Source: Vicugna vicugna (lineage: Eukaryota). From it: 64,000 nt of DNA. Numbering within the stretch: position 1 is the first letter of the stretch; each line of letters starts with the position of its first letter. A program made the translations under genes and the position numbers. The stretch is from assembly GCA_013265495.1 (NCBI GenBank), contig MU058463.1, forward strand, positions 186,001 to 250,000, read 5' to 3'. Below, piece by piece: positions 23,791 through 35,723 of this stretch. Below the pieces are notes generated by a model that did not search any database, was not told the origin of the DNA, and was given only the letters and a program-made list of their open reading frames with translations.

Positions 23791-26029
23791 AGATGTCTAT
23801 CCTACTAACATTTTCTTATGCTTTCACATCTGAAGTGTATTTGGGTATTTTAGAAAGATATTTGGCTTTATTCAATCTGACTAAACTGTCCTGCCAGACT
23901 GAGTAAGTCTAATTCTATTTGCATACAGGAATCAAAGAGGAGAGACACAGAATCCAACATATTTTTGTCTCCATGGGTATTTTTTTAGCAGTATCTGGGT
24001 TGGAAACTTCAGTTAAGAAAAAAAATAGAGACAGCCCTTTATCAGGGGCTGCAAAGCCCTGGTCACTCATTAGGAAACCCCATTGGTTTAAGAAATTATG
24101 TCCATTCAGTTTAACAGGGGAGTAGGAAATTTATTATAATATAGATTTCAATATCTATATATATACATTACATAAATATGATTTTATATATATATATAAT
24201 AAACTTAAGGAAAGACAGGAAGAGAAAAAAGATGAGGCATTATCTAATTACAATTTCTTAAAGCACAATCTCAACACACGTAGAGAAGTCAGGGCATATT
24301 TTATAAAAACCTTTAAGTACTAAATAAATGTTCTGCATGGTGATCTTTCCATATCTTATCCCCAAATAATTTTCCTCACTATCTTATTACACTCTAATTT
24401 TCTAACCAAAGTCTGCTAAACTGCAACTCCAGACTTGTTACTTGTGCACATTGCCCCATGATTAATACAAAATAAGTCCTCCCTATACCTTCTGAACACG
24501 GAAGGATTTTCACCACAAAACTGAAATTAAATACTGTCCCGTATGTGTGTGTACATGTTACACACACGGTCACATATTTTTCTTTCATTTTTATCTCAGA
24601 CTTGAGTTTTCAAGCATGTGCTATATATGACCTCCAGGATTGATTTATCCCCTTTCAGGAATAATATTGATTGCATAACAATTTAAAAGTCCATATTATT
24701 ACTTTACTGTTATGTAATGCTTGATTTATATTGCTCTAATATACTATAGTGGGGGTACTCAAAGTAATAAATTAGAAAAATGGCTGTATAGATTATGAGG
24801 TTTATCCCTTGTTATTTTTTAATGATAATGAAAAGAGAAAGTTTATGAAATCATTTTCTTTAAAAATATAAACTTGCATAAAATTATATGCTGCTATAAT
24901 TACTGACCTCCAAATGTAGTTATAAGTATGAGAGCAGTATAAGGATAGATTCAGAACATTAAACCGGTTAATTCATTTTGCTTATTAAAAAAAAGTCCTG
25001 GTTTTTCAAATAAGTGTAATTTTATTTGTTAGTTTATTTATTTGTTTAGTTGGTAAATATGTTGACAGGTAAAGATTTTGCAATATTCTTGAACATAAAC
25101 AGATATTTGATATATTTATTTAAAATCTATATGAAACCTTTTATATTTCTGTTTAGTCACTGCTCTAAGATCAAGTCTAGTGAATGTACAAATCTACCTA
25201 TATTCCAGTTTTTCTTTCTAAAACTACCCACACTGAATGGACAGCTTATACTAGCGGCAGCATTATTATGTGAAGCCAGAAGAGTGAAAGGACAGAATGA
25301 TGTAGAGACTAGAGCCCACTACAAGTATGTTTTAAATGCAGTAACTTAAAAAATGAGAGGCATCAATTTAATTACAGGTGACAAAAGCACAATGTCATAC
25401 ACTGTAATAATTTTCAGCAATGTTAGTTTGTGACACTTTTGTGTGTCTATTATAGAATACTAGAATTTTCCAAATGTGCAATTCTTAAGCAACAGCTTAG
25501 GCACGTCTCCAGAAAGTGAGCTGAGCAGATTGTAATGAGTTGTAAACAGAATCCCTGCTGTAACGATGTTGTACTTAAACTTCTTTCAGAAAAAAAAAAC
25601 AAAACATTTCTTCATTTATAATAAAATTGCACTTAAATTTCAAGGATAATTGAATTTCATAAAATTGCCAACATTGGTAAGTCATCAGAACATTTTTTTG
25701 TAACACCATGTTCAACATGATTCACTTTCAGCAAATAACAAAAAAAAAGGTATATTTTGTCCAGTTTCTTATTGGCACACTAAGTCATCCATTTGAAAAC
25801 GTATTTTTCCACATTTCATGGAAAGGTATATGATGGCAAAAATCATTGTAATTGGGCCATTAATTACTATGCATATGATGCCATTACGAACAGTTAATAA
25901 GCTATACCTAACAAGAACACCACACCAATAGCATTGTTTCTAGAAATAAATAGCAGGGACCAAAAAATAATTTGGTGAATTGACCTAAAATTGCTTTTTC
26001 TTGTAATGATTATGATCAAGTTGTTTTTT

Positions 26030-26823
26030 CTGCTATTTTTTTTAAATGTCTTGGTAAATTTTTCTTAATCATGTTGCTGTCTCTTTCTTAAATGCATGTG
26101 ATAGCTTATTGGGAAATTCAACAGGGCTGGGAGGTTCCTTGGTGGAACAAATTTCAATTTAAAATTTAATTTCTTTAATAAATATGGGAATATATCCATT
26201 TTTCTATTTTTATTAATTTTTTCAGTGACTTTTCCTTTTCAGCTAAAATTTCAAGTTTATTATCATGACATTATTCAGTGAAATACTCTTATGGGAGCTT
26301 ATTGTCATAAAGTTGTTTAGGAAATACTCATCTGGGAGTTTAAATGGGGATAATGATTGCCTGTTTAGTCTTGATTTCTCACTTAATTCCAGAGGCGAGA
26401 GAACATATTTTCATTATTTCAGCCTGTCCTTGGTATTTGTTAAGACTTATTTTATAGGCTAGTGAATGATCAGTTTATAAACTGGTCCATATGAACTTCA
26501 GGGAATATGTATCATGCTCTTTGGATGTAATGTTTAGCATATATCCTTTAGACCAATTGTGTTTAATTTCCCTGTTTTTTGGTTATCTGTTTACATGTAC
26601 TGTTACTTACTGAGTGAGATGTATTACAATCTCACAGCAGTTTGAGTGAATTTTATTTTTCTATTTCTCTTAATAGTTCTTTATATAATTAGGTATATTA
26701 TCAAGTGCATACCTTTTTAGAATTATTACATCATTTTTGTTGGATTGGATTTTTGATTAGTACAAAATATACATTTCGTCTCTTACAAACTTTTTGCTTT
26801 AAGGCTCATATTTTTTCAGATAC
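26030..26823 (-). mobile_element. Ancient L1 ORF2 (endonuclease-region) fragments, resuming at 27349-27445
   Basis: T-rich antisense L1 motifs (gtgcatacctttttagaattattacatc...tttttgctttaaggctcatattttttcagata | tatagcc...ctttttggtaagt-like continuation). Confidence 0.7.
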
Positions 26824-27348
26824 TGAAACTGTGCCCCATAGGGTTAAAAAATCCATCCAGAAACCATGTCCCATAGGGTTAGTAGAAATTTGTAGCTAAG
26901 AGGAATTCTTGAGCTTATCTTGCAGGACAACAGATAGGGATCAGCTTGTTAAAACCCCCTCTGCTTGTAACACAACAAAATTGGATGAAACCTGATAAAA
27001 CCGATGTGGCCAACCAGAGTCTGCACAAATAGACTTGCTTGGTGACCTTCTGATGTCAGAGGGCCAGAACTCCACTCTCATATCATGCTACCACCACCAT
27101 TCTAAACATACATTCCCATGAAGAAGCATGTAGCTCAAATATGCCTTTCTTCTGCCTCCAGGCACCTTCCCTTGCACCTTCTCTTCACCTATAAATATCC
27201 CAGGCCGCTCACCTCCAGGATCTGAAAGATCTGTCCTCCTGTCTCCTCTCTTGACTGCCTCAGAAATAAACCTATTCTCTGTTGCAACACTTGGTGCCTC
27301 AGTGTTTGGCTTGCTGTGCATGAGGCAAGCAAAACTGGTTTGGTAACC
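26824..27348 (+). mobile_element. Solo ERV1-class LTR inserted in L1
   Basis: Starts tgaaactg and ends ggtttggtaacc. TATA (ctataaata, about 27189), AATAAA (about 27265), near 4-bp TSD atac/atat. Confidence 0.85.
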
Positions 27349-27629
27349 ATATGACTATAGCCGTACCACCTTGCTTTTGGTAAGTTTCGCTGTGTATGTT
27401 CTTTTCCATATTTTTATTTTCAATCTTTCTCTATCCTTATGTTAGTGCTTTGGTGTGATATTATGAGTATCTTTCTATTTATAGTATCTGATCAAAACAT
27501 TATCTTCTTTTTGACCCTTATTTCTGTTCATCAGCATTTTTAAGATGATTATTTTTTTGTAGTTGATTTGTATCTTATCCACTATTTTCATTGTTTTAAA
27601 TACAACCACATGGGTAACTAAAATCTCCT

Positions 27630-27850
27630 TTCTGTTTTCAGTCTGCATCTATGGTCTACTGTTCCAATGAAATACCCCCTCTCTCTTGTCATCAGTGACC
27701 TCCAGGTTTTTACTCCAAAGGGCACTTTTTAATCCTTATGAAATCTGACAGTTCACTACTATTTGAAATGACTATCTTTTTTTCTTCATGAAAACCTCTC
27801 TTTGGCTTTCAGGCCATCTTGATCTCATAGTTTCAGTTCTATAGTTGGGA
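27630..27850 (+). mobile_element. L2 ORF2 fragment
   Basis: ttccaatgaaata...tgtcatcagtgacctcc...ccaaagggcactttttaatccttat...tgaaaacctctctttggctttcagg. Confidence 0.6.
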
Positions 27851-29409
27851 CACTATTCAATTAACCTTTTTATTATTTTCGTTATTTTTCCATAATTCTG
27901 TAGATCTCCTTCAGATCTATGAAAACATACTATACTTTTGATGACTTTGTTTAATAAGGTTATTATATGTTCAACATAATACTAGACTATAATCACATGG
28001 ATGGTAAGGAACTTGGTTGGTTGTATGCAACTCTTTATCAATGCCAGCTGAATAATAAATATAGTATTACATTTCATGTTGACAATATTCAAATTAAAAT
28101 ATGCAACCTCAGATTAACTAATTTGCTTAGATCATCTAATTACTATAAGTGTCAAGTCAGATTATCAACCTTGTTTTAAACTAAACTCAAAAGAAACCTA
28201 CTTACAAAATTCTTTCTACAACATTTTGAAAATTCCAAACTAGTACAGCTGTGTTATAACTGAGGACACAGGGAAAACCAGGGAAGAAGTAAAAGGTGAA
28301 CAAAGAGTTAACCTGAAAAGAAATTATCAAGAATTTTGCATACAGTATAGAAGGGAGAGGAATTGGGGACAGATGCACATTTCTAATTCAGTTTTTGCCC
28401 CAGAGTTATGACTTGACAAGGGGAACTTATTTTAAAATCTGTAAGAAGATGGATGGCTATAATTTGGAAGTCTCATATACAGATTGTATCAGATTAGTGA
28501 CAGAATCATTAAATTCTATCAGTATTCCTTCTTAAGAGATTTCCCTGTAATGTGAAAAGGAAATATTCAAAGATAGAATGTTGATTCATACTGACAACAA
28601 GCACAGATTTAATTTTAGGTCTTGTTAGCATATTTGAAGGAAAACATGATCCTATTGCTGTTTTTCTTTTTCAAAATTCATCCAAACACATGTTTCAGGA
28701 GAATTCAGAATTTAGAACAAATCTCCTGTGCTTAGAAATATTCAGAAGTTATTGAAATTTAAGTATCAGAAGTTCTGTGTCAATTCTAAATGTAAAAATG
28801 AAAATCCTTCACAAATAGCAATTAAACAAAATATTGCAAAAAAAGAGTCATAAATTAAAGGAACCTAAAGAAGTCGTAAATAGTAAACTTGGAGAAGTCA
28901 TAAATAGTGACAGCTATATGTATGTATATATATTCTTTATTTTTTCACAATATTTTCAATTAAATATTCTTCTTTTAGTCTTTCTCTTCCTTTGCTTTTT
29001 CTCTTATTCTCTCATGCTTATAAATAGTCACATCATGAACTTGCTGTAAATATTTAAGGATATTAATTAAGGCTGCCAGGAAGGTTCATCTTTGTTTACA
29101 CCTAACATTATGATGTTATTGCAAATTTCCAGATCATTTACATTTGTATTTGCTCACAAAACCCTTAAGAGAGAATTCTCAGTTACACTGAGTAATAGTA
29201 ATGGACCAGAGACATGATCCTCTGGAAATGACACCGTTTTAGTTGTCATGAGCCTCCTGTTTATTTCATAAACATTGAGGCTTGAATCTTTCTAGAAATT
29301 AATAGTTATATTGACTGCACACATATATGTATGTGTTCATTAGTAAAACTAAATACAGTTTTAAAAGCTTTCACATAAAATATATCTGTGGAAAAAGATA
29401 TGGAAGGGA

Positions 29410-29530
29410 AATCACTGGACTTGGTCTGCAAAGAAATATGTTCTAGGACCATCTTGGCTATTACTTATTTCATGACCTTTGGTAATTTGCTTAACCTTGA
29501 TGAGACTTAGTCTTCTAAGCTTTGACCTAA
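29410..29530 (+). mobile_element. MIR fragment
   Basis: ttacttatttcatgacctttggtaatttgcttaaccttgatgagacttagt. Confidence 0.6.
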
Positions 29531-30344
29531 ACCAGAAGGTGAGACTAATCTCAGTGTCTATTATTTCATAGTCATAAAATACAATCCTCATACATTTTGT
29601 TCTTAGTCACACATTTCAGAATGAGTGCCCTTATCTTCTTGAAATTTAGTAACAGCTCAGACAGAATGCTGCCTTGAAGGTGATATCAAAAACGGGAAAG
29701 CATGCATGTACAAATACAAGCAGGAGTATTGTAATAAACACTACAAAAAATAAGGGCCAAAACATACTTCTAATGTTCTAGTGATCTTTCATGTTGAAAG
29801 ATGTGTTAAACACCTTTTTTACCTATCACAAGTCTAAAGTAAAATTGCTCCAGAGCTAAGCATCTTTCTATACATGGCAATTCTGGCCATCTTGTTTTGC
29901 TTTTCTATCTTTTGCATTTACTGACCTGAAAATAACCTCTGATTTCATTGGATGTGAATGCTTTTTTTTTCCCCCTTCTTACCTCATACATAGGCTGTAC
30001 TTCTTTTTCAAGATTTACCTTCTAGTCTTCTCATGCTAGATAGAATGCAAAGATTCAAGAGGTCTATTGAATTTAGACCTATGGAGTGTTAAGTAGGTTC
30101 TGAGTATCATCACACCTGAAGGGAACATAGCAGAGGATTTCTCAGGATAGGTTGTGAAGGTGAAACTATCAGATTGTGTTATGCTGGAGTTCTTTACAAT
30201 GTTAACTCATTTTCAATAATATTCAAATTTATGGTACTATATGGGTGGAGGCTTATATATAAAATATTGTGTAACACTGAGGAAAAGAAGTATTTCTAAG
30301 TTTTAGATTAATTCTCACTTTTGCCTTCTTAAGTTAATAGAAAT

Positions 30345-30616
30345 AATTATTCTCCAGCTTCTCTTGTAATTTAGAGGATCCATATAATGACATTGGACAA
30401 AAGAATGTGAACAGAGGGACTTGAATGACTTATAGGCCTAGGCAGTTAAAACCTGTGTGCCTACCTTGTGTTCTGTCTCTCTTGCAATCTTTGAGCTGGA
30501 AACAAAGGCCTCCTCAAACAGGGGAACTCACCTCCCTGAGAAATTGCCTGTGAGAGCCAACTCATCTACTTTCACTGTGACATTAGTGAGAAATAAACTT
30601 TTCATATAAAGCCACA
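30345..30616 (+). mobile_element. MLT1 (H/I-like) LTR fragment
   Basis: tctccagcttctcttgtaa...ttggacaaaagaatgtgaacag...gtgagaaataaacttttcatataaagccac. Confidence 0.68.
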
Positions 30617-31846
30617 TCTCCTTTTCCCTTTAAAACAGACATAATAAAGAGAAAGTAAATTACTAAAACACCTAAGAAATTTGGTTAATGAAAATTAAGA
30701 CCATAGGAGAAAAGCCCAACTTACAGCCCGATACAATGTATGTTTAATTATGTACTACATTTTGTGGTGGGGAAAGACTTTTTTGGTTATTTTTTCTTTC
30801 TGTTTTTCATTTTGTTTTAAATATAATAACCCCAATCCTCCCCCTTCTTTTTAATTTTTAAACACTATGTCACTTTTTAATCCCCTGAGTCTTTCAAATA
30901 CTTTTCTCTTCATTAGCCTCCATCAACATGTGTTCTCAAAATAGTGTCTTGCAAAATAATTTTTGTGTAGGTATGAGCTGTTTCTGCTTTAACTTTTTTG
31001 ATGGAGAAATGAATAACCATATCCACTGCCAACATAATATAACATTAATGAGAGGGATATTTTTGTTTCACCAGTAAAGGTTAGGAGATATATTATTTAC
31101 CCCTATTATCAGAAATGCCTATATGAGTATTAACACACTTAGTAGAGTTGCTATGGAGTTATTTACTACTTGGCACTACTCAAATTCAAATGCACCACAA
31201 TTAACAAAACGCCACCTATTTTCTTACTCTGGTTGTAATTTTCTAAAGTCAAACATTGAATGTGGTACTCACTTCTGTAATAATGTTCATACTTCATCAG
31301 TAACATAAAGCCTTATGAATTTCATATTATATAAAATAGATAACTATAGAATGTATCATTTCAGCCTCAAAGCAAGACAAGTGATATGAAAGCTGAAATG
31401 TCTAAATCCATCACTAGGTTTGAACAGAGTGTTAGGGTCATCCTTTGTGCAATAAGTATCTGCTACATAGCTGAGTAAATGAAGGTCCAATTCTAGCAAT
31501 CCAGAGCAAGGCTAGATCAGCCAGCTGCTGTTGCCTCCATTACTTCCTCATCAGCCAATTCACCGCAGTGCAGCTAAATGTACTTGAGACCTCCATGTTT
31601 ATAACCTACATATATCTTTCAGTTGTCCTCAGGGTAGAGATAGAAATTCTTACATGATATACTAGCTGACATAATCTGCTCCCTTTGGATTTCTCAGCAG
31701 CCTATCTTATCCTAGAATATTTATTACATGGTCCTCACTCATCACTTTCTTCTTTCTCATACTCATCATACGTACTTTTTCTTTCTTACTCATTCACCAT
31801 GTTTTTTCAACATTTACTTTTCATTTTTATGTTATATACGTGCTTG

Positions 31847-31876
31847 TGAGAGAGAGAGAGTGAGAGAGAGGGAGAA
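31847..31876. repeat. (GA)n microsatellite
   Basis: Seen directly. Confidence 0.85.
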
Positions 31877-33950
31877 GCCTGTAGGAATTAAAGGAATTAT
31901 GGGGAAAGAGAAAATGCTTCAAAACTTGAGACAGGTGTATCTCAGCACATGATAACAAGAATAGGTATATTTTTACCCTACAGACCTAATTTATTATTAT
32001 TTGATAAATGCTGTGAATCAGTATTTCTCTTTGTGTAAGATAATAAAAAGTACAGAATCAAATTTTTGCCTAAATTAATTAAAAGATATAGGAAAGGAAA
32101 TGTTTTGTTATTTTCTTATTATTAACATTACTGTTCATAAAGATTTTTATACTATTACTTATTTATTCAGTTTATAAAGTGTTTTTATTTTATTTTATTG
32201 TATAAATGTTTTAAACATATGGTTCATTTTATTTCTGAAATAATACAGGTATCAAATATAAGAAAAGAAGAGAAGGAAAGGAGAAGATAAAACAAAGATT
32301 ATTATTTTTTTTTCTCCCTGTTTTAGGATCATAGTCATAAAGCTCCTGAAGTGATTTGAAAATAAGAAACAAAGGGATAAGACAATATATTTAGAAGTTG
32401 AGTAAAAACATCTCAATTTTCTACCTGAAAGACATAGTCAATAGATTTGAAAAAGTATTAACAATTGATATTGACCATAATTAGTGTCATTCTGTACACC
32501 TTTGTAACATAGTCCAAATTTAAAAAATATCCAAATCATGTTTGATATGAAATATGTGCATTATACAGATTCTATAGGCTATCTGATATTCAATTATAAT
32601 CACTGACTGAATGATACACACACACTTGGTATCCAGAAAATAAAACATTAACCTCATTGGAGAAATTACAGATTTGAAAATTACTGAGACAATATTTAGG
32701 ATCCTACATGTTCAGTTAAATTACTCTATTATTTTGCATAGTTTAGTCAATATTTAGTTTTCTTGACTGTTTAAAAGCAGTTTCATAACACCCAGGGGAT
32801 TTTTTATTAAATCTGAAGCCAAATGAGTATCTTCTGTTTGCTGAAATGTTAGCATTCAGTGCAGCACTGTCTGCACAGATTTCTGCTATTTTGTTAAAGG
32901 TGAAAGACAGAAAAGTATTTGAACCCACAAGAAAAATAACATGGGCAATAAAATGCCTTGCTTAAATAGAGTAAATTCAGTAAGTTAGAAATGGGAAAGG
33001 TCTACGTTCTAGCCATTATTTGGCCACTTGCAGGCCAAATAAACTGGGATTAATTTAGCCTTTGGAAAATTCATTGTTTACATGTGTTTATATAAAATTT
33101 TGTCAATGATATCAACTCTTATAAGATAAGATGAAATTCACTTAGTTGATGTTCATAAGCCTATATAATTATTAGTAGTTACATTTAGCAATGTTAATAG
33201 AAATGTTAGAAAATAAGTTTTATATGCAACAGACTTTTTTCTTTTTAGAGCTCATTTGGAATATTGCTTTCAGTGATTTTTGTTTTTAACAAAGACTTGG
33301 TAAGTAAATCCTTTTCATTGAATTTAGCAGTAATTTATTTTCCTAAATAAATAATTGGCTTTATACTTAATACCAAGTTTAATTTCATTTTCTACTAATT
33401 AATCCAGTGATCCTAATAATTCCCATAACTTCAATTAGCACATTTTTACATTTGTAAAATGTTTAATTTGAAATGCAATGTCTGAATGATTTTAAACTTA
33501 CAATATCCTCACTCATGTTTTTCCTCATTAAAATAGTTTGATTCTGCATGTAGACTTCATACTCCTATGTCAAGGATAGTCTAAATCTAGCTTCCAAGAT
33601 TAAGACAAACATGAAAGTGATTCTTTTCAAGACTGAAGGGAGAACTGTCAGAGGTTAATGTTTAAAAGCAGAGAGAACACTCTGAGTTCTTAAGATTAAT
33701 GAAGTAATGGTTACCCATATTCCATGCCCCACCCCCCCTGCCCCATTTAATAGGTAACTGTGGTGACAGATACTGAGTAGAGGAGGAATTTTAGCAATAA
33801 ACAAATGGGACAAAGCCTGGAATGGATGTGGAAGACAAGAGTTGTTTAAAGATTAAAAACATTAGATTAAGTTTATATTTGTATGGAAAAGTTTAGAAGA
33901 AAAAAAGAGAGAGAAATACAGAGACAAAGAATTAGGAGAGGCAATAACTT

Positions 33951-34523
33951 TGAGGCGGGAAGCCCCATAAAAAGACTGGCAGGACCCCTAGGCAGGGCCG
34001 CTGCTCTCCTCCCACTAGCTTCCAGTTCTCTGGTCAAGAGGCTTTATCTCACTTTGCCTCTAAAGCGACTAACTTACACCTAGAATTCTATTGATTCCCT
34101 GAGGTCACTTCTGATTGGTTATTACTCTCACTCCTGATTGGTTATTACTCTCACTCCTGATTGGTTATTACTCTCACTTGTGACTGGTCCACTTCCCTAA
34201 CTTCTGATTGGTCCTTTTGTAGTACTTCATTTGCATGGAGCTCACTCCTGACTGATCTATTTCTACAACGCTTGTACCAATGTCAACTTCTGTTGTACTT
34301 TATTTGCATATGATGTTGCAAAGTGTAAAACTGGCAGCCTATAAAAGGCCTGTGTAAACCTACAGATGGGGTCCAGAGCTTGAAGTGTTAACTCCTCTGG
34401 GCCCGCTGGCGTAATAAACCTGAGTTCTCCAACTCTCCGAGGGCTGCTTGGTCTCTCGCCTGGATCCACGTTGCTGTCACAACTGGGCTGTAACACCGAG
34501 CTGTAACACATTTTTCCGCAACA
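33951..34523 (+). mobile_element. Young solo ERV1-class LTR, 573 bp
   Basis: TG...CA ends, perfect 4-bp TSD ACTT (33947-33950, 34524-34527), TATAAAA at 34340-34346, AATAAA at 34413-34418, retained CpGs. Confidence 0.93.
34111..34346 (+). promoter_or_regulatory. LTR U3 promoter: tandem inverted CCAAT boxes, two octamer motifs, TATA box
   Basis: CTGATTGG at 34111, 34134, 34157 (23-bp tandem unit) and 34204; ATTTGCAT at 34229-34236 and 34302-34309; CCAAT at 34277; TATA at 34340. Confidence 0.7.
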
Positions 34524-34607
34524 ACTTAAATATAGTTATTATCATAGAGAATGATATATTTTACAGGTAGGAAGAATGTTAAGTGTGACAAGGATTAATT
34601 TCGGGGA

Positions 34608-34710
34608 TTTGTCTCTGTCTCTTGTCTTTCTCTCTTTTTCCTTCCCTCTTTCCTTCCTTCTTTCCCGTTTTTTCCCCACTTCTCTTCTTTCTCTCTCTCT
34701 TTCTCTTTTT
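34608..34710. repeat. CT-rich low-complexity tract
   Basis: Seen directly. Confidence 0.8.
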
Positions 34711-35535
34711 GGCCTGTTAGCCCTTTTCTATTTTATCTAGCACCTTTAATCCAACAATAAGGAAAAAAGAAAGTCAAGCTGTAGAGCCAAGATCTGAAGA
34801 TTGGGGCAGTGAAATCAGAGAATCAAGTATATTTGCATGAACACGATGCATACAGGTTAATGAGGTGCTCAGGAAAGGGGGAAAATAAAAAGAACATAAT
34901 TAAAAGTCCTCCAAGTTCAGATATAAAAGCCCAGACAATTATTCCATTTTGCTGCAATTAAAATTGTTTTATTTTCCCCTTTCACTAATATCTCATCTTC
35001 ATAGTCTGACTTTTGGAATGAAAAAAATGTGAATTTTTAGTTATTGGTTGGGAACTAAACAGGGCTTGAACTTACTCTGCTAGTAACACTACAGTGATTC
35101 TGTTGCTGTCAAAAGATTTGGGTTTTTTTTTCTCTCATGTAACAGAGACAGCTTTTACTGAAAATTATGTTGCTAATTTTACATTATGCACTACTTATTC
35201 TGCATACATATAACATGGAGAGCATACTGAGATTCATATATCTGTTTTGCATTCATGTTCATGTTTCTAGTGGTAAAAGTAGAAACAAGAACTTTTGGAC
35301 GAGTAGTAGGAACCTAATATATCCATCTTTTCAAAGCGCATAAAAATTACAACTTATGTTCAACTCAGGGCACTTTTGAGAATATGAAGACTACTGTTGA
35401 CCTGACAAGAACAACTGTTATCATTTGAGGATCTCCTGAACAAAACAGCCTTCCTCTTTACAGTAACTAAACGGCATTATGATTCTCCTAAATCTCAAAA
35501 ACTGTCTGAACAAAGTTGATCTGGGGAATTTCACT

Positions 35536-35723
35536 TAGGGTTGCCAGATAAACTATAAGAAGCTCAATTACATTTGAGCTTCATTTATATGAATATGCCA
35601 CTAATTTTGCATGAGTATATTTATTCTAAAAAAGAAAGAAAAGAAAGAAATACTAGTTGAATATCTGAAATTCAAATTTAACTGGGTGTCCTTTATTTTT
35701 ATTTGCTAAATCTGGCAACTTTA
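35536..35723. mobile_element. MER53 palindromic hAT MITE
   Basis: Ends tagggttgccagat / atctggcaacttta; internal tatctgaaattcaaatttaactgggtgtcc matches the recalled MER53 consensus. Confidence 0.9.

Noticed and set aside
24545..24568. Hairpin gtgtgtgta-catgt-tacacacac
   Set aside because: Formed by adjacent (TG) and (CA) micro-repeats; low complexity.
28870..28910. Two copies of agaagtc(g/a)taaatagt with a 24-bp period
   Set aside because: Minor slippage-type tandem duplication; no further structure.
34111..34211. CRISPR-like array
   Set aside because: Head-to-tail 23-bp tandem units without unique spacers, inside a mammalian LTR.
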